Of a stretch of DNA of 64,000 nt, positions 1-12,700 are shown piece by piece (position 1 is the stretch's first letter; each line of letters opens with the position of its first letter). The position numbers and the translations under genes were made by a program. The notes below the pieces were generated by a model. That model was not told where the DNA came from and made no database searches. It saw nothing but the letters and a program-made list of their open reading frames with translations. The stretch comes from Octopus sinensis (lineage: Eukaryota). The stretch is taken from the NCBI RefSeq assembly GCF_006345805.1, contig NC_043019.1, forward strand, positions 3,534,001 through 3,598,000, given 5' to 3'.

Positions 1-530
1 TTGGGGGTCGATTTGCTTGACTAAAAGACAGTGCTCCAGCATGGCCACAGTCAAATGACTGAAACAAGTAAAAGAGTAAAGATTAAAGAATAATGAGGTA
101 GAATAAGATAGAAAAGCAGAAAAGGTAGAGTGAAAAAAGTATGACAGATGATTAGGGATAGGGAATGAGCTGGACTGTGGATATCAGTTCAGAGTAGGGA
201 GAAGGGAAGAAAATGGGGGTAGCATAGAAGATTGATGAAAGAGTAGGTGACAGAAGATGTATTGTGGGGTCAGGCTCAACAGAACCTCAATTCTGCAGAC
301 ATGATTATGAAAAGCAGAGAAACTGATAGAGTATGACAAATGCAAAATTAGAGGGAAGAGACGAAGAAGAGGTCATCATCATCATCATCATCATCATCGT
401 TTAACATCCGCTTTCCATGCTAGCATGGGTTGGACGTATGACTGAAGGCTGGCGAACCAGATGGCTGCACCAGGCTCCAGTCTTGATCTGGCAGAGCTTC
501 TACAGCTGGATGCCCTTCCTAACACCAACC

Positions 531-765
531 TATTTCTTTATTACCCACAAGGGGCTAAACATAGAGGGGACAAACAAGGACAGACATTGGTATTAAGTCG
601 ATTAAATCGACCCCAGTACGTAACTGGTACTTAATTTATCGACCCCGAAAGGATGAAAGGCAAAGTCGACCTCGGCAGAATTTGAACTCACAACGTAACG
701 ACAGACGAAATACGGCTACGCATTTCGCCCGGCGCGCTAACGTCTCTGCCAGCTCACCGCCCTAA
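531..765 (-). mobile_element. SINE family B (aaggcggcgagctggcagaa head), nested in family D
   Basis: 13-bp TSD CCTAACACCAACC (518-530, 766-778). A second nested copy at 47771-48013 has TSD TGCCAGTACC. Central gcctttcatcctttcggggtcgataaa...gtaccag resembles the Nin/Deu-type SINE domain (from memory, unverified). Confidence 0.8.
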
Positions 766-1009
766 CCTAACACCAACCACTCCGAGAGTGTAGTGGGTGC
801 TTTTATGTGCCACCAGCATGAGGTCAGTCAGGCGGCACTGGCAACGACCTCACTCGAATCTTTTACACATGCCACCGGCACAGGTGCCAGTAAGGCGATG
901 CTATAAAAGAAAAACAAAAAGTCAGAAAGGATCTTAGGAAGAATGAAAGAGAGGAAAAAAGGGCACAGAGACAATAGAGAGAAGTAAAAAAGATAAGAAG
1001 GTAACTAAC

Positions 1010-1798
1010 CTGCCAAGGGTCCACTTATCACTTCTCCAAATCCAGTCATTGTCGTGGTCAGTCCTAAACCAGATGCGTATCGCTCAATTCCGACTAAACC
1101 CATGATAATAGCTGGCGTCATACAGTTCCTAGTTCCTCCGCTCATTCCAATGATAACATTGCCGAGAACAAAGTATGAGTAGTTAATGCTATAGGAGAGG
1201 ATTAACAGGCCACAACCTTGAGATAATCCTGTGAAACAAAGCATTGATATGTTGGAGATACATTTTGTCCTGTGAATTATGGCTGAAATGCTCCGTGAAC
1301 ACAACGCTGACAATGCGCGCAGTGTAAGTACAAAAACAGTTCGATTTAGTCCAAACCCTCTGCCTACACCAACGTCAACCATCACTGTGGTGGCGCCACT
1401 GTACGATGAATTCAGGAAAGTCAACAACACCATGAAAACTAAATACATTTTCTCATTGAATACAGATAAATGGAAAAATTTCTTGGGTTTCTTTTCAGGT
1501 TTGGTAGAGTCCACTTCTGATGAGGTGTCTTCGACATCTTGCGGTATTGGAGGCAGCTTCTTCTTGTCTGGACTCATAACAATACAGAAGGCACAGATAT
1601 GTAAGTTAAATGCTGAAAGTAGCAACAATGATGAGCGCCATCCATAGATGTCCATCAAAAACTTGATAATAATGGGCATAGTCATGGCAGCAAGAGGTCG
1701 TGCCATCGTGATGACGATGGATAAATTGCTGATTTTCTTACCAAAGATATCACCAAGGGCAACAAATGTACCAACATTGATGAAGGAATATCCAGTTC
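1010..1798 (-). CDS. SLC16/monocarboxylate-transporter-like MFS protein, large internal exon
   Basis: 789-bp exon with acceptor tctctaccag and donor G|GTTAG, phase 1 to 1. Hydrophobic TM segments, MCT-like motif MDIYGWRSSLLLLSAFNLH, charged central loop, and GLVGIERYASGLG in the C-terminal half. Next exon is outside the window (<1). Confidence 0.9.
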
Positions 1799-1954
1799 CT
1801 GGTAGAGAGAAGGAAAACAAAAAGAGAGATAGAGTGAGAGAGGAGTTTGAAAGAAAGAGAGATGAAAACCAAGAAAAATAAATACATAAATGAAAAAATA
1901 TATACTCTCTCTTTCTCTTTTACTCTTATATATATATATATATATGTGTGTGTG

Positions 1955-1997
<43 letters not shown>

Positions 1998-2225
1998 ATT
2001 TAATAAATATATGCATACATACATACATATATGTACGTACCTACATCTACATGTATATATACATGCATATATATATATATATAGGAGTACAGGACGCCAC
2101 AAATAGATGTAGAACTCAACGAGAAATGAAAACATAAAAACAAACAGGGAAACGGACTTTTTTTTTAACTACGAAAAAACAGAGTACAAGACAAACAATA
2201 CAAGGAATATATATATATATATATA

Positions 2226-2625
2226 TACTCTTTTTACTTGTTTCAGTCATTTGACTAGCCATGCCGGAGCACCACCTTTAGTCGAGCAAATCGACCCCAT
2301 GACTTATTCTTTGTAAGCCTAGTACATATTCTATCAGTCTCACTTGCCGAACCGCTAAGTTACGGGGATGTAAACACACCAGTATCGGTTGTCAAGTGAT
2401 GTTGGTGGGACAAACACAGACACAAAAACATATATACACACACATATATATGCATATATACGACAGGCTTCTTTCAGTTTCCGTCTACCAAATCCACTCA
2501 CAAGGCTTTGGTCGGCCCGAGGCTATAATAGTAGACACTTGCCCAAGGTGCCACGCAGTGGAACTGAACCCGGAACCATGTGGTTGGTAAGCAAACTACT
2601 TACCACACAGCCACTCCTGCGCCTA
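2226..2625 (-). mobile_element. SINE family A (tRNA-like head, internal TA/CA microsatellite, ...gactgaaacaagtaaaaga tail), representative copy
   Basis: About 30 copies or fragments, e.g. 5085-5490(-), 13825-14240(-), 15820-16265(+), 21245-21607(-), 23543-23975(+), 34525-34925(-), 36900-37325(-), 40718-41105(+), 49440-49845(+), 52355-52755(+), 61238-61618(-), 63330-63720(+). A-box TGGCTGTGTGGT and B-box GGTTCAGTCCC. Confidence 0.85.
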
Positions 2626-2916
2626 AAATAAAATTTACTTATAAAATACATTCTTAAGAAAATATATGAATTAATAAATCTAAAACCAAAAATAAAAATG
2701 AATAAAAATAAAGATACTTTTATCTTTTACTTGTGTGAGTCATTGGACTGAGGTCATGCTGGAGTACAACCTTGAAGGCTTAAAGTGAAACAACTTGACA
2801 CCAGCACTTACGTTTTAGGTCTGGTACTTGTATCAATCTCTTTTGCTAAACTGCTACGTTATGGAGACAGAAACAAACCAACACTGGTTGTCAAGTGGTG
2901 TGTGTGTGTGGTGGCT

Positions 2917-2959
<43 letters not shown>

Positions 2960-3105
2960 AATATAAGAGAGTGTCCACTATGTGGTCGACTCTTGCGCTA
3001 AAAATAGATCTGCTATGGTCTCAACCACCAAGAATTGTTTCCAAGGAGAATTAGCACAACTATGAACGTAAACGAGCAGGACAAATGAAAAATAACATAA
3101 AATAC

Positions 3106-3138
<33 letters not shown>

Positions 3139-3332
3139 TGTGCGCGCACACAACAGGCTTTTACACAGTTTCTGTTACCAAATATGTGTGTGTGTGTTTG
3201 CATGTGTATATATTTGAGAGTTTTTTTGCGTATATATATATATATATTTGTATGTATAGATATTCGCATGAGTGTATATACATATTTGCATTTGTCTCTG
3301 TGGTTGTGTGTATATATTTGTGTCGTTGTGCT

Positions 3333-3377
<45 letters not shown>

Positions 3378-3490
3378 AAAGGTTAAATTTATAAATAAAT
3401 CATTTATAAATTTAACCTTTAAAGGTAATTTTTGATATGCTGGCCATTGATAAGATTTTTTTCCCCGAAAGAATTTTATCCTACATTAGT

Positions 3491-3530
<40 letters not shown>

Positions 3531-4714
3531 ATATATATATATTGGCGTTAGGAAGGGCATCCAGCCGTAGAAACACTGCCAGATTTGACTGGGCCTGATG
3601 AAGCCTTCTGGCTTCACAGACCCTAGTAGAACCGTCCAACCCATGCTAGCATGGAAAACGGACGCTAAACGATGATGATGATGATGATGATATATATACA
3701 TGGGGTGGGGATTTAGGTAATCAGGAAACAAGAAGAATTTTAAAGGCTTAAATGATCATTGAAAATAGATTAGAAGGTACAATCAAATGTCTTTAGTCTT
3801 TAAGGTCAAGATCAATCTGTACATTATATATAACTGAAGCATGTATCATCATCATCATCATCATCATCATTATTGCTGGATTTTGAAAACAATGTAGGTT
3901 CCGGGTTCAGTCCCAGTGCGTGTCACCTTGGGTAAGTGTCTTCTACTATAGCCTCGGGCCGACTAAAGCCTTGTGAGTGGATTTGGTAGACGGAAACTGA
4001 AAGAAGCCTGTCGTATATATGTATATATATATATGTGTGTATGTGTATATGTTTGTGTCTGTGTTTGTCCCCCCAACATCGCTTCACAACCGATGCTGGT
4101 GTGTTTACGTCCCCGTAACTTAGCGGTTCGGCAAAAGAGACCGATAGAATAAGTACTCGGCTTACAAAAGAATAAGTCCCAGGGTCGAGTTGCCACTCCT
4201 GCGCCTATGCTAACAATATGTTAACACCATCCAAGCGTGATCGTTGCCAGAGCAGCCAACTGGCTTCCATACCCGGGGCACGTAAAAGGGCACCATTTGA
4301 GCGTGATCGTTACCAGCATCGCCTTAATGGCACCTGTGCTGGTGGCATGTGTAAAAAGATTTGAGCGAGGTCATTGCCAGTACTACCTGACTGGCCCCCG
4401 TGCCAGTGGCATGTAAAAAGCACCCACTACACTCTCGGAGTGGTTGGCGTTAGGAAGGGCATCCAGCTGTAGAAACTCTGCCAGATCAAGATTGGAGCCT
4501 GGTATGGCCGTCTGGTTCGCCAGCCCTCAGTCAAAATCGTCCAACCCATGCTAGCATGGAAGGCGGACGTTAAATGATGATGATGATATGTTTACACTAC
4601 ATGTTCATAAACATGTTTGCACTACATTAACTTGTATGTCAGAAAACAGTAAAAACACCTGAGGTTATGTTAGATGTATATTCACCATTGAGATAACATT
4701 GAGATAATAATTAC

Positions 4715-4858
4715 CTGTTATTGCTCCTAAAGTAATACAAAGAACAATCACATTGGGTGCAAAACAACTTGAAAATATCCCTGAAGAGGTGAACACTGAG
4801 CCAAGAAATATTGTCCATTTGGCACCAATTCGGTTAACTATTAAACCAGCCAAGATTC
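4715..4858 (-). CDS. SLC16/MCT-like transporter exon
   Basis: 144-bp exon, tttcag| ... G|GTAATT, phase 1 to 1. Encodes GILAGLIVNRIGAKWTIFLGSVF, the MFS motif-A-like TM2-TM3 loop. Joins flanking exons in frame. Confidence 0.9.
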
Positions 4859-5589
4859 CTGAAAAAGCAAAAATGAAAATTCAGCACAGAGATATGACGA
4901 GACAATAAGATAACTGATATTGTTGTTGTTTTTTTTTTTGGTGGGTGGGGATGGGGGATGTTGAATCTTGAAGCAGATTAGCTATAAAGAGAAATATGTA
5001 AATATTGGTTTAAAAGCACTTTGGGCAGGAAAAGTCAAAGGGGACTACTTCATGATCCAATCTTCTGAAAAAAGAATTACTCTTTTTTTCTTTTTTTTTT
5101 TTTTACTTGTTTCAGTCAGTTGACTGTGGCCATGCTGGAGCACTGACTTTAGTCGAGCAACTCGACCCCGGGACTTATTCTTTGTAAGCCCAGTACTTAT
5201 TCAATCGGCCTCTTTTGCCGAACCGCTAAGTTACGGGGAAATAATCACACCAGCATCGGTTGTCAAGCAATGCTAGGGGACAAACACAGACACACAAACA
5301 TACACGCACATATATATATATACATATATACGACGGGCTTCTTTCAGTTTCCGTCTACCAAATCCACTCACAAGGCTTTGGTTGGCCTGAGGCTATAGTA
5401 GAAGACACTTGCCCAAGGTGCTATGCAGTGGGACTGAACCCGGAACCATGTGGTTGGTAAGCAAGCTACTTACCACACAGCCACTCGCTGTAGGAGTTTT
5501 ATTCAAAATATGAACAGGAATATATTTTATAAAAGTAAAAGAAAAAAAGAAAAAACAAAGGAGAATGAGGGAAAAAAGCATCAATGCAG

Positions 5590-6030
5590 CATCAAGTGCT
5601 TCAATTTTGATTTGATGAGGCTACTGTAAACTTCTTCAATGTTCTCAGCATCTATTTCAGAAGTAAACAAAGATTGAAATTTGTTATAGACCTCAATAGT
5701 AAATTGCTTGGATATATCGGGGTTAGACGAGACTTCCTTCCAGTCGATCGTTTTCATCAGGTGAGGCTTAGCTGTTTTGGATGAGCAAAGACTAAGCTTA
5801 ACAGTAGCTAATACAATTCTGTGGTCGGAGCCATCAGAACTAAAGGAACAGTAGGAACTCGAGTCTTTGACACTATTGTGCCACTTCTTTCGAAAAATGA
5901 GGCAGTCAATTTGTGCCCTATCACCAAGTGGATACTCGAATGTCCAAAGTTGTCCTTTTGGCTTTCATAAAATGGAGGTGTAAAGATTAAATTCCTCTAA
6001 AAAGTCTTTGGGCATTTCCCCGTTCCAATT
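5590..6030 (-). mobile_element. RTE-clade LINE AP-endonuclease fragment
   Basis: Minus-strand translation QLWTFEYPLGDRAQIDCLIFRKKWHNSVKDS...GSDHRIVLATVKLSL is a typical APE C-terminal motif (IDxI...SDH); frameshifted. Confidence 0.75.
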
Positions 6031-6272
6031 GGTCACACACCAAAAGGTTCAACAGAACCTACTGAAGCAAGTCAACACACTCGCAGAATTACTACAGGTG
6101 ATGGCAAGGCTAAGGCATTGAAAAAGCCAAACACCTTCATGGGTATCACCTAACTTCTTCAGAGAGGCCAGCTGCCAACAATAAGAACTTTACCATTAGT
6201 GGCCCAGGTTCCCCATCAAACATCTTATGTTTTCTTGAAGCTTATAAATTCTTGTGTAGTAAGTAGCTTGCT

Positions 6273-7935
6273 TCATCATCACCATTGTTCGACCGTGGTC
6301 GAGACAATGGAATTTACCATGCTACGCCAGACTTCACAGTCCATCATGGCATTACGGAGGTCCTGTTGCTGGATGCCTGTATCCCTGGAGATTACATCAG
6401 GGTAGGAGAGTGTTCGCCCTCTGGTATCACGAGCAGATGGCTTCCAGAAGAGAAGAGTAGAAATTACCTCGTTTTCAGCTCTACAACAATGTCCAGCAAA
6501 CTGGACTCTTCTACCTTTCACAAGAGATGACACAGGTGGTAGTTTCCCATATACGAGGGACGTTCAATAAGTAATGCCTCTGACCCACTTGCAATTGTTT
6601 GATCTAGCTGAAATTTTGCATGTGCAATCAGTTATATCTCTATAGAGTAAGTGGCAAATTACAGCTCTGAATTAATTGTGGTTTCTGATTTACAGGTGTT
6701 TGAACCGAGTCAAGTGTGAAATGGAGCTTGTTGAATGTCGAGCAGTGATCCGGTTTTTGTATTTGAAAGGACGCACACCACGGGAGGCTTTTGATGAAAT
6801 GAAAGTAACTTATGGTGATGATGACCCATCATATGACCTTGTAAAACGCTGGCATCGTGAATTCAAACATGGTCGGAACTCTGTGGAAACAGCTCCCAGA
6901 TCTGGTCGCCCCCTTCTGCCACTGATGAGGCATCTGTCCGTCAGGTTGAGGCTGCCATTTTGGAAGATCGATGCATAATTATTCGCCAAATAGCCCATGA
7001 GGTCAAGATTAGTACCGGGTCTGTGGAAACTATCATTCATGACCATTTGCATATGCAAAAGGTGTCTGCCAGATGGATTCCCAGGTTGCTCATGCCTTTC
7101 CAGAAGCAAGAACGCGTCGAGTGCTCGAGGGTGAATTTGGAGATGTGCCAAGAAGATGAGTCAAAATTTTTCATAAGACTGATTACACAGGATGAAACCT
7201 GGGTCCATCACGATGATCCAGAGACCAAAGCCCAGTCATTGCAGTGGAAGCACCGTGACTCACCCCCTCCAAAGAAGGCAAGGGTGCAGCCCTCCACTGG
7301 CAAGGTCATGCTCACAGTCTTCTGGGACCAAGACGGAGTAGTGTTGACAGATTTCCTGGCAAAGGGTACCACAATTGCAGGAGCCTATTATGCTTCACTT
7401 TTGAGGAAATTAAGAGAAGTTATCAAAATCAAGAGGCGGGGCAAGATCAGCAAAGGCATCCTCTTCCTGCAGGACAACGCTCCGGTCCACAACTCGCTTG
7501 TCGCCAGATCAGAAGCACAGGCGTATGGCTATGAATTCCTCCCCATCCCCCCTACTTTCCTGACCTTGCACCCTCTGATTTTCACCTCTTCCCAATCATG
7601 AAGTTGTTTTTGAAAGGAAAGCGTTTCCCAGATGATGCAGCCTTAATTTCTGAAGTCACGTTGAGGTTGGAGGACCAAGCTGGGTTCTTCTACAAAAACG
7701 GTCTCCAGAGCCGCATCAAATGATGGGAGAAATGCGTAACTCTGGGTGGTTCCTATGTAGAAAAAGACTAATAACTGTGCCAAGTTTCGTTGCTCTACTG
7801 CTATGGGAAGTGGGTCAGGGGCATTACTTATTGAACGCCCCTCGTATTTGTACTTTGGTTGGATGGCGCTTCCACAAGAGATTTTGAGCTCTCATAAGGA
7901 GGCGAGTGTAAATTCCATCCAACCACCTCTCAAGC
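6273..7935 (-). mobile_element. RTE-clade LINE 3' fragment interrupted by the mariner
   Basis: C-terminal ...FAGHCCRAENEVISTLLFWKP...LSYPDVISRDTG...MMDCEVWRSMV with (GAT)n tail. Sequence resumes after 7846 and matches the uninterrupted copy at 28.9-29.0 kb. Confidence 0.8.
6554..7844 (+). mobile_element. Full-length mariner (D,D34D) transposon with inactivated transposase
   Basis: About 37-bp TIRs starting CGAGGG(A/G)CGTTCAATAAGTAATGCC; TA TSD at 6552-6553 and 7845-7846; 1291 bp. Transposase runs from ATG 6721 to TAA 7769-7771 with HTH, ITQDETWVHH, FLQDNAPVH and PYFPDLAPSDFHLFP, plus two frameshifts (about 6910 and 7545) and one premature TGA. Confidence 0.95.
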
Positions 7936-8137
7936 TTCTTTGATAACGTCCAGTTTTCTGAGCCATATAGTAGTAGAATAGCTTGCTTACCAACCACATG
8001 GTTCTGGGTTCAGTCCCACTGCATGGCACTTTGGGCAAGTGTCTTCTACTATAGCCTTTCATGACTGAAAGGGGTCTTTACCCCTCACCCAATTCATAAC
8101 GACTATAACATTGTACAGAAATGAGCTGGAAAGTTAA

Positions 8138-8584
8138 CCCTTAAGTCAGTGCTTTTCAAACTTTTTGCTGGAGCGGAACCCCAAGAAAACATTTCACTGG
8201 CTCGAGGAACCCCTGTGCAATAATTTAATAGTCTTATGCACACATCTCTACACAGGAGAATTAAAAATTACTGTCGATTTTAGCATTTTTGTAACTTCTT
8301 GCGGAACCCCTGGACTGTACTGGCAGAACCCTAAGGTTCCGCGGAACCCTGGTTGAAAACCACTGCCTTAAGTATTTAAACTGGCCATATGTGGTTCAAA
8401 TATTCAACCTGTTTCATGTTCAAACTGGCCAAATCTGGCTTCTCACACCTACCCAACAATGCCATTCTAATAATAAACAACCACATCATTGAAATTTCAA
8501 AGTTACGAGAAAATGCATGATTAATTCAGAACAATCTGAATAAATAAGCATTACATTTGACAGAGTAATTTCAATGATAAAGAG
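8138..8584. mobile_element. piggyBac-like MITE (host of the hAT MITE)
   Basis: TTAA at both ends (8134-8137, 8585-8588), CCCTT terminus; same family as 17438-17657. Confidence 0.65.
8147..8365. mobile_element. hAT-type MITE
   Basis: TIR CAGTG(C/G)TTTTCAA, perfect 8-bp TSD CCTTAAGT (8139-8146 and 8366-8373); nested in a piggyBac-like MITE. Confidence 0.85.
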
Positions 8585-8869
8585 TTAAGGAATTTCACAG
8601 GCTTAGCTGCTGAATTAAAAATATTATGGTTGTTAACGAATGTATCTATAAAAATATTGACAGATTAAGAAGAGAGATGATAGACATTGCAATACAAGGA
8701 TCTGTAAACAGTGCTAGGACATTCACATGTAGCATTTGTTAACCTTCAACGTGCATGCGCACACATAAGCACACATGCATGCACATACACAGATTTTGCA
8801 AATTTTGTGAGATATACATAATTTTTGTTTTAAGAAAGGAAAGTATTTGACCTGTTTTTCAAACCAAAC

Positions 8870-8954
<85 letters not shown>

Positions 8955-8955
<1 letters not shown>

Positions 8956-10840
8956 AATGATACATGTACATTGTTTTGTCTTGGTATAAACGATGGGCTA
9001 CAGCAAATATTCTGGTCAATACCACAGATTTGCTTGTCAGTTGTTTGACTCTAACCAGATGAGCATGTCCCTTAGTAGCTGACGATATGTGGGTCTCTGA
9101 TCACGAGCAGAAGTAATGGGGGAGCATCAGAGCCATGTGTTGAGAGGGATTCCAAGAGGTTTGGATAATTCACCTTTGGAAACATGGGTGTTTCGTTCAA
9201 TGTTCTTAAACAACCCTTATTCAGGGACCTTTTGAGTGGGATGGGTTACTCGACCAGAAGAAAATTCTAACTAGGCCCCACCTGCAAGGTCATGCACCGT
9301 TTATCTTGATATGAGATCACCATGTCGCACACATATGCTTGTGATGCATGTGCCTAGCGTACCCTTATCAGACGGGTAGTCATGATGGGTATACTGGGCT
9401 TCGTATATTTTACCCCAGTGTCACTTTGATGGCATGCACTGCTCTCTCACTCAATAACAATGATGATAATGATAAAGCTTTCTGTTATAGGCACAAGGGC
9501 TGAAATTTTGGAGGATGGTGTAAGTCAATAACATTAACCCCAGTGTTCAGCTGGCCCTTAATTTATTGACTCCAAAAGGATGAAAAGTAAAGCTGACCTC
9601 AGTGGAATTTGAACTCAGAACATAGAAAGAGGTGAAATAACACTAAGCATTTTGCCCGGTGTGCTAATGATTCTGCCAGCTCACTGCCTTAATAATAATA
9701 AGCTTGGGAAGTTAAGCAGTTGTGGTCGATGAAAAAGGTAGCAGTAGTACCAATAATTGTCGGAGCCCTGGGAACAGTGAGCAAAAATCTTGAGAAGTAT
9801 GTGGAACAAATAGGGGCTGCAATAAGGGTGGAGCACTTGCACAAAACAACACTGCTTGGAACCGCTTGAATACTGTGGAAGGTGCTCGCTCTGATGCAGT
9901 ACCAGGCAGTGACTCTCGTGGCTTCTGATCTTAACTGATTGGAAGTGCTATCATGTACATTGTTTTGTCTTGGTATAAAAGATGGGCTACAGCAAATATT
10001 CTGCTCAATACCACAGATTTGCTTGTCAGTTGTTTGACCTTAACCAGTTGAGCATGTTCCTTAGTGGCTGACGATATGTGCATCTCTGATCACGAGCAGA
10101 AGTAGTGGGGGAGCATCATAGCCATGTGTTGAGAGGGATTCCAAGAGGTTTGGATAATTCACCTCTGGAAACATGGGTGGTTCATTCAACATCCTTAAAC
10201 AACCTTTATTCAGGGACCTTTTGAGTGGGATAGGTTACTTGACCAGCAGTAAATTTTAACTGGGCCCCACCTGCAAGATCATGTGCTGTATATCTTGATA
10301 TGAGATCACCATGCCGCACACATATGGTTGTGATGCATGTGCCTAATGTATCCTTATCAGACGGGTGGTCATGATGGGTATACTGGGTTTCGTATATTTT
10401 ACCCCAGTGTCACTTTGATGGCATGCACTGCTCTCTCTCTCTCTCTCTCAATAATAATAATGATGATAATAATAATAATAATAATTTGGGCTTCGTATAT
10501 TTTACCCCAGTGTCACTTTGATGGCATGCACTGCTCTCTCACTCAATAATAATAATAATAATAAAAGATTTCTTGGTATAAAAATGGGCTATAGCAAATA
10601 TTCTGCTCAATACCACAGATCTGCTTAACCAGATGAGCATGTCCCTTAGTGGCTGACGATATGTGCATCTCTGATCATGAGCAGGAGTAGTGGGGGAGCA
10701 TCACAGTCATGTGTTGAGAGGAATTCTTTGGGGTTTGAATAACTTGTTTCAGGAAACATGGGCGCTTCATTCATCATTCTTAAACAAACCTTTAGGGACC
10801 TTTTTTGAGCAGGAAGGGCTACTTGACCTGAAGAAAATTC
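8955..10840. mobile_element. Three copies of an unclassified ~545-bp element bounded by (AAT)n
   Basis: Homologous blocks at about 8955-9452, 9889-10545 and 10570-10840 (gctctgatgcagtacc...ctctcactc-(AAT)n). No coding capacity recognised. Confidence 0.7.
9702..9888 (+). mobile_element. Dong/R4-clade retrotransposon C-terminal (RLE) fragment
   Basis: AWEVKQLWSMKKVAVVPIIVGALGTVSKNLEKYVEQIG...HKTTLLGTA*ILWKVL, starting directly after (AAT)n. Confidence 0.7.
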
Positions 10841-10905
10841 GAACATGCTTTCCCACACAACATACTCTTGCACCCAATAATAATAATTATAATAATAATA
10901 ATAAT

Positions 10906-11190
10906 AAAGGATGTGTTTGTTAATTGACATGAGTATTCCTTGCGATCACATTATAGCGGTGAAAGAATTTGACTTGATTAGTAAATATAAAGACTTGCTA
11001 ATAGAAATTGAAAAAATGTGGCATCTTAAGGTGACTACAGTAACAGTAATTGTAGGATCTCTAGGAATGATAAAAAAAGGTACTGAAAACTATTTGAAAA
11101 TGATACCAGGCTTACCATCCCTACAGGAAGTGTAAAAAATCATGTTAACTGGAACGACTCATGTACTGAGAAGAGCATTATCGCTGTGAA
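10906..11190 (+). mobile_element. Dong/R4-clade retrotransposon C-terminal (RLE) fragment
   Basis: CLLIDMSIP...KEFDLISKYKDLLIEIEKMWHLKVTTVTVIVGSLG...LTGTTHVLRRALS is a restriction-like endonuclease signature; begins in an (AAT)n run. Confidence 0.8.
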
Positions 11191-11389
11191 AACAACATCC
11201 ATTCATGAATTTATTTATTTATTAATTAATTTTTTAGATACATATTTTACTTGTGAATTTGCGTGTGTAATCTAGGAATGCATACAATGAGCTTCTCTGC
11301 CCTAGGTGTACGGAAAACACTCAGTGAGAAACGGAAGAAAATTTGAAGAAAGAAGGAAAAAAAAAGTAATAATAATAATAATGAATTAC

Positions 11390-11616
11390 CGGCACATCCT
11401 CGCATTCCTCCACAGAGTGAAACAACAAGGCCAGCATTTGCTCTACTAGAATCAAGGTGGTATATAAACTCCACATAAATGACAGTCAAAGATGATGGTA
11501 ATGCTATACACATGTAAAGGTTCACCCAGGCTCCAACCAACACCATATACTGTTTGACGGTGTACCTTCGCTTCTTCTTAGCAGGGGTCGGTTCTTCTGG
11601 TGTGTCGGAAACATCC
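11390..11616 (-). CDS. SLC16/MCT-like transporter exon (TM1-TM2)
   Basis: Polypyrimidine acceptor tttctctttctgtttcag, donor G|GTAATT, phase 2 in and phase 1 out. YMVLVGAWVNLYMCIALPSSLTVIYVEF resembles MCT TM1. Upstream start exon not securely found. Confidence 0.85.
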
Positions 11617-12409
11617 CTGAAACAGAAAGAGAAATATGTAAAACGGTGAGTCCATGTTTGGTAGTTTAGCAAGCTGCAAGGAAATATTTTTGATGGTAGT
11701 CAGTCACACCCACTTTTATTCTTGTTTCTCTTTTACTCGTTTCAATCATTTGACTGTGGCCTTGCTGGAGCACCGCCTTTAGTCGAGCAAATCGACCCCA
11801 GGACTTATTCTTTGTAAGCCTAGGTTACTTATTCTATCGGTGTCTTTAGCCAAACCACTAAGTTACAGGGACATGAACACACCAGCATTGGTTGTCAAGT
11901 GATGTTGGTGGGGCAACAAGGTGGTGCTCCAGAATGGCCAGAGTCAAATGAATGAAACAAGTAAAAGAGTAAAAGAGTAGCAATGTGAAGTTCTCATTTT
12001 AAAGTTTATCTCTGTAGATTCTCGGTAGAATTAAGAACCAGTCATATAGATATGATGGATGGGTGGATGGATGGACAGAGAGTACATAAATATATTTACA
12101 GATATGCATATGTATATGTATAAATCCTGCTAAAACAGTTACACAGAAGACTGGTGCCAGCTTAAGCCTGGCCGGCTTCTGTCAAAGTGTCCCGTCTATA
12201 CCAGCACGGAAGGTGGACGTTAAACGATGATGATGATGTGTGTGTGTGTATAAATGTGTGTATATATCTATATATCTATATATATATACATGCATATATA
12301 TAATATATAAATATCTGTATACATAAATATCCACAACCACACTATATATATACATCCATTAGATATATATATATTTATATAAAATCTATATATATATATA
12401 TAAAACTTG

Positions 12410-12700
12410 TGGAGGCGCAATGGCCCAGTGGTTAGGGCAGCGGACTCATGGTCGTAGGATCGCGGTTTCGATTCCCAGACCGGGGTTGTGAGTGTTTATT
12501 GAGCGAAAACACCTAAAGCTCCACGAGGCTCCGGCAGGGGGTGGTGGCAAACCCTGCTGTACCCTTTCGTAACAACTTTCTCTCACTCTTTCTTCTGTTG
12601 GCCGGCTCGCTTAGCCAGCGGGGTGGCGGCATTTCAAGGCTAAAACAATGCGAAGCGCATTGTGACCAGCGATGTGTAGCAACATCTGATAGCCTGGTCG
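12410..12700 (+). mobile_element. SINE family C (ggaggcgcaatggcccagtggttagg tRNA-like head), representative copy
   Basis: Other copies: 26620-26862(-), 38060-38455(-), 39833-40142(-), 48435-49005(- x2), 50651-50950(+). Possibly the OR-type SINE described from Octopus (unverified). Confidence 0.8.

Noticed and set aside
1279-1881. Plus-strand ORFs of 122 and 77 aa
   Set aside because: Antisense shadows of the MCT exon.
12410-12490. tRNA-like heads of SINE families as tRNA genes
   Set aside because: A/B boxes are present but acceptor stems do not close, and they continue into conserved SINE bodies.
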